Part shown: one piece after another, positions 35,934 to 45,794 of the stretch
Position numbering within the stretch: position 1 is the stretch's first letter
Layout: each line of letters begins with the position of its first letter
From: an uncultured Acidobacteriota bacterium
Lineage (GTDB): Bacteria; Acidobacteriota; Vicinamibacteria; Vicinamibacterales; 2-12-FULL-66-21
DNA: 64,000 nt
Direction: 5' to 3'
Assembly (NCBI GenBank): GCA_963764925.1
Contig: CAVXUR010000008.1
Span: forward strand, 147,624-211,623
The notes under the pieces: generated by a model
Database searches by the model: none
What the model was told of the DNA's origin: nothing
The model's input: only the letters and a program-made list of their open reading frames with translations
Made by a program: the position numbers and the translations under genes

Positions 35934-37826
35934 ATGACGTCGTTGCGCGATTGGGGGGCAAGAGGCTGTGCGGCGTTGGCGGCCGCCGTCTTTGTCACGC
36001 TCCTCCTCTCCCTTCTTCGCGTCGAGCCCATCCCGCGAGCCATCCTCGTCGCGATCGCGGCGGTCGTTCCGCTCTCCGCGCTGGCTCCTCGCTCCGGGCT
36101 GCTGGTCCTGATCGCGCTGGCACCCTTCGCGGCGTGGGTGGGACGTCACTGGAACGGTGCGGTCTCCTGGCCCGAGGCGCTCGTCGTCGCCTTCTGCGCC
36201 GGCTACTGCGTGCGGCGCGTGGTGCGGGTGCCTGGCCCGCGCGACGCCCTCGACGCCCCATGGCTGCTGGCCTTGTCAGTGGTTGTCGCGTCGCTCGCGG
36301 TGCATTTCGCCATCGAATCGTGGCGTTTCGGTGGCCCGCCGACGCGAGCGGAGCTGTGGCGGCTCGTCGCCTACGGATACTTCATCTCTGATACGAGTTC
36401 AGATCCGGTCAACGCCGCGATGCGGCTGATTGAGTCGCTGCTGCTCTTCCGGGCGGCTGCCACGGCGACTCGAGAAGCGCCGGCGTTCGCCTCGCGACTC
36501 GCCTCGTGGGCAGTCTGCGGAGCATCGGTGGCCGCAGGCCTCAACCTGCTGCGCTTGTGGGAGAGTGCCGAGCGTTTCGGCAGCCCGGCCGGCGCTTTCG
36601 TGCGGCTGTTTCTGACCGAGCGCGTGAACGTGCATTACGGCGACCTCAACGCCGCTGGCTCGTACTTCGTCATGGCCCTGTTCGTTGCCATCGGCCTGAC
36701 GATCCGGCCGAAGGGCCTGCCGTGGCTGATCTCAGTGTTGCTGATCGGGTGCTCGGTCTGGGTGGCCGGATCGCGGATGGCGGTCATGGCGGGCACGCTC
36801 GCAATGGTGTTGCCCGCCGGGGCGCGGACGTGGCGCATGCGCCGTGGCAGCGTGCGCCGGACGACGCTGGCGGCCGCCGCGCTCTTGCTGGCGCTTCTCG
36901 CCGCGGTTGCCGCGTACGCGATCCCCGAACGCGGCAACCAGCAGTCTGCAGCGACGGCGGCGCAGGTTCGCTGGGAGCTCGCCAGGACCAGCGTGCGAAT
37001 GACCGCGGCCAACCCGGCCTTTGGTATCGGAATTGGCCGCTTCTATTCGAGGTCCGGCGAATTCAGCTCGCCCGAGCTGCTCGCAACCTTCCCCCCGGCC
37101 GTCCACGAAAACGCGCACAACAACTTCCTGCAGATCCTCGCCGAACTGGGCATCGTCGGATTCGGCGTCCTGATGTGGCTGCTATGGTCTGCCGCTCGCT
37201 ACGGCCGCTGGCTGCTGGCGGCCGACCTGCACGATTCGTTGCGGTGGGGTCTCATGACGGGACTCCTGGCCTTCGTGCTCTCGTGGCTGGGTGGGCATCC
37301 GCTGCTCCTCGACGAGCCCGCGGTCACGTTTTGGCTCCTCCTCGGCGCCGCTGCCGGCTGGGGCTCCTCGCTCGAGCCGGCCGAGCGCCCGCGGTTGCGG
37401 CCGTGGGTCGTCACGACAGCGGTAATCGCAATCGCCGTTTCGATACCGGTCCGGGTTGATCGTCAGAAAGCCGACTTCAACCTCGAGCACCGCGGCGTCG
37501 GTCTCTCCGCCTGGCACGACGCCGTCGACGGCGTCCGCTACCGCACGTCTGGGCCTTTTGGTAGCGTCTTTCTGCCCGCCGACGCGCAGATGGTTGTCGT
37601 TCCACTTCGCGCCGCTGGCCCGGCGACAGATATCAGACTCGAGCTCGGTCTCGATGGCCGCCCCGCCGATATCCTCACGGTGCCCGCGGATCGATGGCAC
37701 TTCCTGCGCCTGGCGCTGCCGCAGGACAGAAATGGCCCGCGATTCCGGCGCCTCGACCTAAGAGTGGCCAACGCCCCTCCCGGCGCGGCTGCTCTCGTCA
37801 TGATTGGAAAGGTTGAACCCAAGTAA
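35934..37826 (+). CDS. O-antigen ligase / Wzy_C-like polytopic membrane protein with ~130-aa C-terminal soluble domain
   Basis: From ATG 35934 (in frame within ORF 35337..37826) the protein reads MTSLRDWGARGCAALAAAVFVTLLL...ENAHNNFLQILAELGIVGFGVLMWLLW.... Confidence 0.72.
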   Translation: MTSLRDWGARGCAALAAAVFVTLLLSLLRVEPIPRAILVAIAAVVPLSALAPRSGLLVLIALAPFAAWVGRHWNGAVSWPEALVVAFCAGYCVRRVVRVPGPRDALDAPWLLALSVVVASLAVHFAIESWRFGGPPTRAELWRLVAYGYFISDTSSDPVNAAMRLIESLLLFRAAATATREAPAFASRLASWAVCGASVAAGLNLLRLWESAERFGSPAGAFVRLFLTERVNVHYGDLNAAGSYFVMALFVAIGLTIRPKGLPWLISVLLIGCSVWVAGSRMAVMAGTLAMVLPAGARTWRMRRGSVRRTTLAAAALLLALLAAVAAYAIPERGNQQSAATAAQVRWELARTSVRMTAANPAFGIGIGRFYSRSGEFSSPELLATFPPAVHENAHNNFLQILAELGIVGFGVLMWLLWSAARYGRWLLAADLHDSLRWGLMTGLLAFVLSWLGGHPLLLDEPAVTFWLLLGAAAGWGSSLEPAERPRLRPWVVTTAVIAIAVSIPVRVDRQKADFNLEHRGVGLSAWHDAVDGVRYRTSGPFGSVFLPADAQMVVVPLRAAGPATDIRLELGLDGRPADILTVPADRWHFLRLALPQDRNGPRFRRLDLRVANAPPGAAALVMIGKVEPK

Positions 37827-37858
37827 GGCGATGCTGAATGCTGAAGTAAAGACGGCAG

Positions 37859-38852
37859 TCAACGGGCGTGGCGCGAACGGGCTTTCTCGGAAAGCTTGAG
37901 GGCGATCCACCTGCGTGCCAGGTGCGCCTCGATTGAAACGACGTCGACGCGGCGCGTGCGCTGCACGTCCCGCCGCTTTCTCATCAGACGCGGCAGACCA
38001 ACGAGCGCCGCGACCTTGCCTCGGAGTGCCGCGACGCCACGGCCGCGTCCGAGGTAGTGCGCCACGCCGGCAAGCGAATACGCCAGGTGAGCCGGCAGCG
38101 TCCGCAGCAGAAGTCCCGTGGGCGTGTTCTTGATCCACGTCCATTCCAGGTTTCGCTGACCGTAGTACACGGCGCCGGCGCTCACCCGACCGAGCGTGGC
38201 GCTCCCGGCATGCCGAACGATCGCGTCGGCTGCATACCAGCAGCGATACCCGGCGAGACGCGCGCGATATGACAGATCGACATCTTCATAAACCATGAAG
38301 AAGTCTTCATCGAAGCCCCCCAGGCTGATCAAACAGACTCCGGTCGATCGCGAAGGCGGCCCCGCACGCGCCAAAGACCTCGCGGGATGTCACAAAATCC
38401 GGCGCGGCGGCGCCGTGTCCGTGCTTGAAGGCGCCGCCGGCGCGGAGGTATCCGTCGCCGGCGCTGTCGATAATGTCTGGCCGATCGATCAGCACGATCC
38501 TGGAGGTGACAAGCCGTCGTTCCGAGCTGTCTTTAGTGGCCGCATCCAGTCGCGACAGCCAGTCAGGCGCAGGAATCGTGTCGTTGTTCAGGAACGCCAG
38601 CAGCTCGCCCGCTGCCGCTCGCGCGCCGGCGTTGTTGCCGCCGGCGAAGCCAAGGTTGCAGCCGTTGTCGACGATTCGAACGGACGGAAATCGTGCAGCG
38701 GCAAAGCCGATCGATCCGTCAGTCGACCCGTTGTCGACGAGCAGGACTTCAAATGACGGGGCACCGGATTGCGTCGTGAGCGCGCCGAGGCACGGCTCGA
38801 GCCATGCCCGGCCGTTGTAGTTCAAGACGATGACCGAGAAGCGCGGCGTCAC
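37859..38852 (-). CDS. glycosyltransferase family 2 (frame disruption ~38325)
   Basis: From GTG 38852 the protein reads TPRFSVIVLNYNGRAWLEPCLGALTTQ...LLVDNGSTDGS...LGFAGGNNAG...SLFDQ, which joins LGGFDEDFFMVYEDVDLSYRARLAGY.... The GTGA overlaps the upstream GT4 stop. Confidence 0.85.
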
Positions 38853-39994
38853 GTCGCGCGATCGACGAGATCGCGGTAGACGCGAGCCGTCTCCTCCGCC
38901 GTGCGCTGCCAGGAGAACTCCGCCGCGCGTCTGAGCCCCTGATCGCGCAACCGGCCACGGTGAGGCGGATCCTCGAGCACGCGTTCGATCGCGCCAATCC
39001 AGCCGGCCTCGTCGTCGGGATCGATGAGCACACCAGCATCGCCGACAACTTCCGGGATGGACGAAGTTCGAGCGGCGATGACCGGCGTGCCACACGCCAT
39101 CGCTTCGAGCAGCGGCAGCCCGAAACCCTCATAACGCGACGGGTACACGAGCGCCGTAGCTGCCCGGTAGAGGGCGAGGAGCTGCGCCTCTGCGGTCGCG
39201 CCGGCGAAAGTGACGAGCGGCGTGCTGCCAGGGCTTCCGTCGCTCAGCGCCTGGAGCTCGGCCCCCATTCCGCGATCGACACCGGCCATCACGAGACCAA
39301 GGTTCGCCCACGACGGACGCCTCGACCGCACTGCTGTCACGGCTCGAGTCACCATCGGAAGATTCCTGCGTGCGTGCAGGTCGCCAACGTGTAACATGAA
39401 TTGTCGTGGCCACGCAGATGGCAGCGGGAGGAGTGGCCCCGGCGAAAAGGTGCGAGACGCCGCCAGTGGGACGACCTGAATCGACTCGGGGTGAAGTGAA
39501 TATACCTCGACGATCTCCTGTTTCGAGAACTCCGAATCGGTGATGACCCGGTCAGCGGTCCGGGCGCTGTAGCGATAAAACGCCCTGCGCAACGGGTCGC
39601 GCTTGTACGGATACCACTCCGGATTTCGTTCATAGCTAACATCGTGGATGGTCAGGACAAGGGGCCGAGGCCCGCCGATCGGGGCGGTGTACGACGGGGC
39701 GTGCAAGAGATCAACGCGGGCCCGTCGCGCGGCTCTGGGCAACCCGGTAAGCATCCATCCCAGGTTGGTTGGCAGCGACGGCGCTCCGCCAGCGAGTTCG
39801 ATGCCAGCAGGAACCGTCAGTCCGGCCGGAACGCCGACAGCCACGATAGAAAGCAACGGATCCAGCTGGGCCAGCGCGCCAAAGAGCTCGTTTGTATAGC
39901 GGCGCATGCCGGCCGCCGGCGACGCGAGGGCGCGGCCGTCGAACCCGATGCGGATCACGGCGCTATGGTAGCAGCGGCCGGCAAGCTCGACCAT
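38849..39994 (-). CDS. glycosyltransferase family 4 (GT-B)
   Basis: This 381-aa ORF contains ...IRIGFDGRALASPAAGMRRYTNELF...ALVYPSRYEGFGLPLLEAMACGTPVIAARTSSIPEVVGDAG.... The start may be the internal GTG near 39958. Confidence 0.85.
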   Translation of the reverse strand: MVELAGRCYHSAVIRIGFDGRALASPAAGMRRYTNELFGALAQLDPLLSIVAVGVPAGLTVPAGIELAGGAPSLPTNLGWMLTGLPRAARRARVDLLHAPSYTAPIGGPRPLVLTIHDVSYERNPEWYPYKRDPLRRAFYRYSARTADRVITDSEFSKQEIVEVYSLHPESIQVVPLAASRTFSPGPLLPLPSAWPRQFMLHVGDLHARRNLPMVTRAVTAVRSRRPSWANLGLVMAGVDRGMGAELQALSDGSPGSTPLVTFAGATAEAQLLALYRAATALVYPSRYEGFGLPLLEAMACGTPVIAARTSSIPEVVGDAGVLIDPDDEAGWIGAIERVLEDPPHRGRLRDQGLRRAAEFSWQRTAEETARVYRDLVDRAT

Positions 39995-40095
39995 GTGATC
40001 ACCATGGCCGTGGCCAAAAATCTGCGTGGCTCTGCAGTTCTCACCCAGATTGACCGAAAGATGTATCGAATGCCTCTGCCTGCGGTCTAAAACTC

Positions 40096-42006
40096 ATGCA
40101 TTTTGTGAGAGCGTCGAAATGTGCGGTTTCCGCACTCGGTCTGTTTCTGCTTCTCGCGTCTCCCGCCAACGCGCAGTTTCGCGGCCAGGTCTACGTCTCT
40201 GGCCTGACACGCCCGGTGGCGTTCGTGCAGGATCCGTCGAACGCCAGCGTCCAATTCGTCGTCGAGTTGGGGGGGACGATCCGGGTCATTCAGGGCGGCA
40301 CGCTCCTGTCCGCCCCGTTTCTCGACCTGAGTGGCGCAGTTGGCAGCGGCGGCGAACGCGGGATGCTGTCGCTCGCGTTTCCGCCCGGGGCGGCCGAGTC
40401 GGGCCGTTTCTTCGTCACTTTCGTGAACCCTGCCGGCAATACCGTCGTCGCGCGGTTCTATCGCTCGGCGAATCCGCTCGTCGCTGACGCGTCGACCCGT
40501 TTCGACCTCCAGTGGTCGACCGGCGAGCGATTCATCGCGCACCCCGAGACCCTGCACTACGGCGGCAACCTCGTGTTCGGCGCCGAGGGCTACCTTTACA
40601 TTGGCACGGGCGACGGTGGCGAGCCCGACGACGCCTCACATCAGGCCCAGAGCCTCTCGAAGCTGCACGGCAAGCTCCTGCGGATCAACGTCAATGTCGG
40701 TGATGGCGATCCCGAAGGCCTCGACATTCCGCCGGACAATCCGTTCGCCGGTGGACCCGTGCCTGAAATCTGGTCGATCGGGCTGCGCAACCCCTGGCGG
40801 TTCACCCTCGACGATCCTCTGCGCGGCGGCTCCGGCGCGCTCCTCATCGCCGACGTGGGCGAAAACGCGGTGGAAGAGATCAACTACGAACCGGCCGGTC
40901 GCGGCGGGCGCAACTACGGCTGGCGAAATCGGGAAGGCGCCAACCTGCACAACAACTCGGTGCCGCCGGCCTTCGGCCCCCTCACCGACCCGATCTACGA
41001 GTACGGACATAGCGTCGGACGCTCGGTCACGGGTGGGTACGTCTACCGCGGGTCCGCCATCCCATCGATGATCGGTCGGTACGTGTTTGGCGACTTCATC
41101 CGGGGACAGGTCTGGTCGATCGCCTTGACGCGCGACCCGAACACTGGCGAGGCGACCGCCTCAGACCTCCGCGACCACACGGCGGCGATCAATGCAGGCG
41201 CCGAAGTGCGGCAGATTAGCTCCTTCGGTGTGGACTCGGCGGGAGAGCTCTACGCCGTGAACTTCGGCAGCGGCACCATCGTCGCGCTCAGGGCCGGCGC
41301 GGCCGGACCGGCTCCGGTCGTTCGGATCGAGGGGCCGGGCGCGGGGGCCACAGTTCGTCAGCCGTTCGTGCTCTCGGGATGGTCGCTCGATGCGACCGCG
41401 ACGAACAATGGGATTGCGACCCTGCATGTCTGGGCATTCCCCGCGACTGGTGCAGCCCCGCAGTTCCTGGGTGTCGCCAACTACGGGTCGAACCGTCCCG
41501 ATGTCGCCGCCATCTACGGTTCCCAGTTCGGACCAACCGGCTATCACCTCGACGTCAAAGGTCTGGCCCCAGGCAGCTGGCTGATCGCTGTGTATGGGTG
41601 GGTCTACGCTTCGCAAGGCTTCAGCGTTGTTGCGACGGTGCCGGTGGTCATTCAACCGGCAGGCCTTGTCGCGATCGACATCCCCGGGAACTTCTCGACC
41701 GTCAACACACCGTTCGTAATCAGCGGGTGGGCAATCGATCCCGCGGCACCTTCGGGCACAGGGATCAACACGATCCACATCTGGGCGTTTTCCGCCGACG
41801 GCTCAGCGCCAGTCTTTCTGGGAGTGCCGGCGTTTGGGGATCGACCTGACGTAACGGCAGCCTTCGGATCTCAATTCGCCGGAGCCGGTTACGGACTGGC
41901 CGTGACCAACCTGGCACGGGGCTCGTGGTATCTCGTGGTGTATGCCCAGAGCAGCGTCAGTGGGCAGTTTGACGCGGTCGGCGTTGTGTTTGTGACGATA
42001 CCATAG
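40096..42006 (+). CDS. PQQ-dependent sugar dehydrogenase-like beta-propeller (GSDH/sorbosone dehydrogenase family) fused to two C-terminal GWA...RPDV modules (GSDH-1)
   Basis: The signal peptide is MHFVRASKCAVSALGLFLLLASPANAQ. Propeller motifs are GERGMLSLAFPP, HYGGNLVFGAEGYLYIGTGDGG, GLRNPWRF and NYGWRNREG. Two modules follow, containing ...QPFVLSGWSLDATATNNGIATLHVWAF...SNRPDVAAIYG... and ...TPFVISGWAIDPAAPSGTGINTIHIWAF...GDRPDVTAAFG.... Confidence 0.82.
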   Translation: MHFVRASKCAVSALGLFLLLASPANAQFRGQVYVSGLTRPVAFVQDPSNASVQFVVELGGTIRVIQGGTLLSAPFLDLSGAVGSGGERGMLSLAFPPGAAESGRFFVTFVNPAGNTVVARFYRSANPLVADASTRFDLQWSTGERFIAHPETLHYGGNLVFGAEGYLYIGTGDGGEPDDASHQAQSLSKLHGKLLRINVNVGDGDPEGLDIPPDNPFAGGPVPEIWSIGLRNPWRFTLDDPLRGGSGALLIADVGENAVEEINYEPAGRGGRNYGWRNREGANLHNNSVPPAFGPLTDPIYEYGHSVGRSVTGGYVYRGSAIPSMIGRYVFGDFIRGQVWSIALTRDPNTGEATASDLRDHTAAINAGAEVRQISSFGVDSAGELYAVNFGSGTIVALRAGAAGPAPVVRIEGPGAGATVRQPFVLSGWSLDATATNNGIATLHVWAFPATGAAPQFLGVANYGSNRPDVAAIYGSQFGPTGYHLDVKGLAPGSWLIAVYGWVYASQGFSVVATVPVVIQPAGLVAIDIPGNFSTVNTPFVISGWAIDPAAPSGTGINTIHIWAFSADGSAPVFLGVPAFGDRPDVTAAFGSQFAGAGYGLAVTNLARGSWYLVVYAQSSVSGQFDAVGVVFVTIP

Positions 42007-42023
42007 GCGACTGCCGGACGATC

Positions 42024-45000
42024 CTATCGCACGGTAACGCGCACCATCTTTGGCGGAGCGAAGGCGCCGCTGACCGCGCTCCAGGGAAACACGGCGACAT
42101 CGTAGTTGCCGTGTGGCAACCCCTGGACGACGAACCCGAACCCCGTGTCGCGGAACTGGTCGCCGAGCACCGCCGCGACATCCGGCCGGACGCCGCCGTA
42201 AGCAGGCACGCCAAGAAAGACCGGCGGTCCGCCGGCGAGCGGGTACGCCCACGCGTGGAGCGTATCGATACCAGTCCCCGCGGCCGCATCAAGGTCGGCA
42301 GCCCATCCGACGACGTTGAATGGCTGCGCAACGTCCTGTTGGGCGCGTGGGCTGTCGATCTCCACCTGCGTGCCGACGTAGCCGAACGACTTCGGTCGAA
42401 GGATGACGCGAACGCTCTGCTGGCTCACGGCACGGTCGCCGGACCAGCGGACGAACACCAGATCGTAGGTGCCGACGAAGCCCAGCCCCGGCGACCATGT
42501 GAACGCACCGCTCGTCGAATCGAGCTTCGAGCCGACAGGCAGTGCGGTCAGCATGCTTCCGAAGCGCAAGCTTCCGGTGTAGCGTACGCCTTCAGCGGAG
42601 CCGAGCTGAAGTTCGAAGCGATCGAGCTCCTCACCCCTGACAACGGCCCGTCCCGAAGGGCCAACCGGATACGCACGCCACGGTGCATCGGGATCCCAGC
42701 CACGTCTGCCGACAATCGGCGCCGCATCGAACGCGGCGGTCATGACGGCGTCCGACACCAGGCTCTCTTCGGTGAGGATGACCGGTGCCGTCGTTCCGTT
42801 CGACACTCGGAAGTAGCGGCTGCCAAGGCCCGCAGTGGCGCCGCCGCTGTCGGTGACCGTCCATACGATCGTGTGCAGGCCATTCGAAAGCGTCGTCGTG
42901 TCGATGATGCGGAACCCGAGCGGGTCCGTCGGTATTCGCGAGCCCCGGGAAGTAGCCCGCAATGTCAGATCGATAGTAGTTGTAGGAGGCCGGTCCGACG
43001 GGTGCGCCGTCGACGAACACCGTGATAGTGGAACCGTTGAACGGGATGACTTTCCCTGCCTGCGTCAGCGCCCACGCATAGTTGACGTACGACTGCCCCC
43101 GAGACGGTTTCACCCTGCGCCGGCGTATCGATGGTGCCAAACGGCGTCGACGCAAAGCTGTTGTTACAGGTGATATTCCTCGAGCCCAACGACAGCGAGT
43201 GGCCCTCACGATCGACTGCGTGCGCGGAGATGGTGAAGGGGCCGTTGCCCTGATTCGGCAACATGTTGGTCAGGACCATGAATCCCCAACCGCCACGATA
43301 GTTGCGCGGGAGGGTCGGATACGCCGCCTGGACGTCCGGCCGCGCGTCCTCGATGAACACGGCCTCTCCCAGGAATATCTGCGGCAGACCACCGCATCGT
43401 CCATTCGCCGGAGCGCTCTCTCCCGTCACAGGCGCCCGGCACAAATACAGGTTCGCGACGTCGACGTCGTCAAGAGCCCAGCCCGTCACGGGAATCGCGC
43501 CGGTCACGCCGGTCGTGTTGTTCACCGGAGTATCGATCACGCCGACAGGATTGGCTGAAGTGCCGGTGGGCCTCGTGACCAGCGTCACGTTGATTGGTCC
43601 GACCGTGTTGCCTGCGCCTCCGAGCGAGACGGTTATGGCACCAGTCGACGTCGCCGACATGGCCAGGCCGGTCGGGTTGACCGTGATCGTCAGCTCGCGT
43701 CCGCCGCTACCAGAACCCGGGCTCACCTGGAGCCATGGTTGATTGGACGTCGCCGTCCACGTCACCGCCGGTCCGCTGCTTTGGGTCAGGCGAACGGTCT
43801 GGGCGCTGGTCTGAGCGGTGACGAGCGCACCGCTGAGCGTTTGCGCCATAGCGAAGCGACGTCCGGTCGAGGTTCACGGTCGGGCCGGTCCCGAACTGAT
43901 TGACCGTTAAGGTCCGTCCGGCGATCGTCAGCGTCCCGGAGCGCGCCGACACGCCGTTGGCGTTGACGTTGTATGTGACCGTTGCGCTACCATTTCCGCT
44001 GACCGGCGACGTGATGCCGATAAAGCCGGCATTGCTCGAGGCCACCCACGCGCAGCCTGTCGTCGCGGTCAGGGCAACCGACGCGCTTCCGCCAGCTGGC
44101 AGGTGCACTCGCGCTCACCGGGCGAGATCGAGTAGCTGCACGCGGCGGCTGCCTGGTTCACGGTGAAGGTCTGACCGGCGATGGTGAGCGCTCCCGATCG
44201 TGGCGAGGCAGCGGGGTTGGCAGCGATCGTGTAACCGACGCTTCCCGACCCGGTCCCCGCACTGCCAGAACTGATGCCCAGGAACGCCGCGCCGCTCGAC
44301 GCGTTCCAACTGCAGCCCGCCTGCGTCGACACGGTGACCGTCCCGCTGCCGCTGCCGCCTGCCACGGAGGCGCTGGTCGGGTTGATCGAATAGGTGCAGG
44401 TTGAAGACGACGGGTAGACGAAGTTCAGACCCGCGAGATCGTCAGGCCCGATCGCCGGCGGGAGGGGCGTCGCACCACCGCAGCACGAGGGATACATGAT
44501 GTTCGACGTCGCGTTGGCGATGCTCCCGTCAGTCTGCGTGTGTCCGAGCCCAATCGCGTGGCCAATCTCGTGAATCAGCACGCGCGTGAAGTTGGGCGGC
44601 GTTCTGAAACTCGAACTCAGGTTCGCGGCGTTTTGAAAGATGACATAGCCGCGTGAGAAGGCATAGAACGTCGTGCCGTTGACGGTTCCGCCAGATCCGC
44701 CGGCCCATCCTCCGCCGATCGCCAGGACCGATCCGCTGAGTTCGTCGTTCGGATCTTCGAAGGTGATGACACCACTGGCGCCGGCCAGTCCGCTGAACGG
44801 TCCGTCGGCATCGGACTGAAACGTCGTGCCCCCATACTGAAGAATGATCGACGCACGTCGCCGGGGCAGTCCAGGCCGAGAGCGCGATCTGAAGCTCGGT
44901 GGCAGCATCACTACTCGTGAGCGGCGACGCCGCGCTGGTGTTGATGTACCACATGACCGGCGTGCCCGAGTCGGCCTGCACCCATCGGAACGGGTCGCCC

Positions 45001-45608
45001 CGCCGAGCAAGCGTGAACGGTTGCTCGACCGACTGGAGCTCGTCGCCCGCGCGCGCCGAGCGGCTCGGGCGGGACGGACGGCCCGTGGCGCGCGTCGCGA
45101 GCGCTCGAAACTCCGAAAGGAAGGGCGTGCGGGTGACTAGACCGCCGACAACGTTGGTCTCGCGCAGGTTCCGGCGCAGGCTGCGTTCGCCATTGACCGC
45201 GGGCAGCACGTCGAACTTCGAGAACCCCATCGCGACGGTGCGAAGGCCCTGGGGTCCGCGCTCGAGACACACCAGCACTTCCTCGCCCAGTCGGAATTCG
45301 ACCGCTCCGCCGACGTGCATGTACTCGCCGTCGACTGCGCCGCCGAGCTCCCACACCTCCACGGTGTCGCCGTCGACACCGGTCAGGTCCTCGATGATCT
45401 GGAGCGTCGTGACGGTGTAAATCCTGAGACCCTGCGGACCGCCGCGAGTTGTTCGCTTCGCGACCACGCGTCCGTGGACGACGCGCTCAGAGAGTGCGAC
45501 GAGCTGTGCATCCGTGCGGAAGATGACCGTCGACGCCACGGCAGGCCGGGGCATCCAACAGAAACAGGCCAAAAACAGCCACGCCGACAGCTGACGCGAA
45601 AAGCCCAT
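42024..45608 (-). pseudogene. island protein A: secreted matrixin-like zinc protease with BACON-like Ig domains and three GWA...RPDV modules (about 5 frame disruptions)
   Basis: The fragments are ORFs 44529..45701, 44069..45010, 43707..44108, 42965..43849, 42631..43209 and 42024..42962. The signal peptide is MGFSRQLSAWLFLACFCWMPRPAVAS. The catalytic motif is LIHEIGHAIGLGHTQTDGS...SNIMYPSCC. Switch points are ~44855, ~44105, ~43855, ~43098 and ~42928. Confidence 0.8.
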
Positions 45609-45794
45609 AGAGGGCTTTGACAGAGCAAGCGCGACGCCACATGTTAGTTTCGGCCGGTAAAGCCCTTTCGGGCGCACCCCGGGAGGTTCCGTCATTCGCA
45701 CCGCGACCCGATTCTGGACTCTGGATTACAGAATTGAAATGGCTGTCTCGATCTGCGGAGTCCGGCCACGCCCCCGCAGAGTAAACCACGAATC

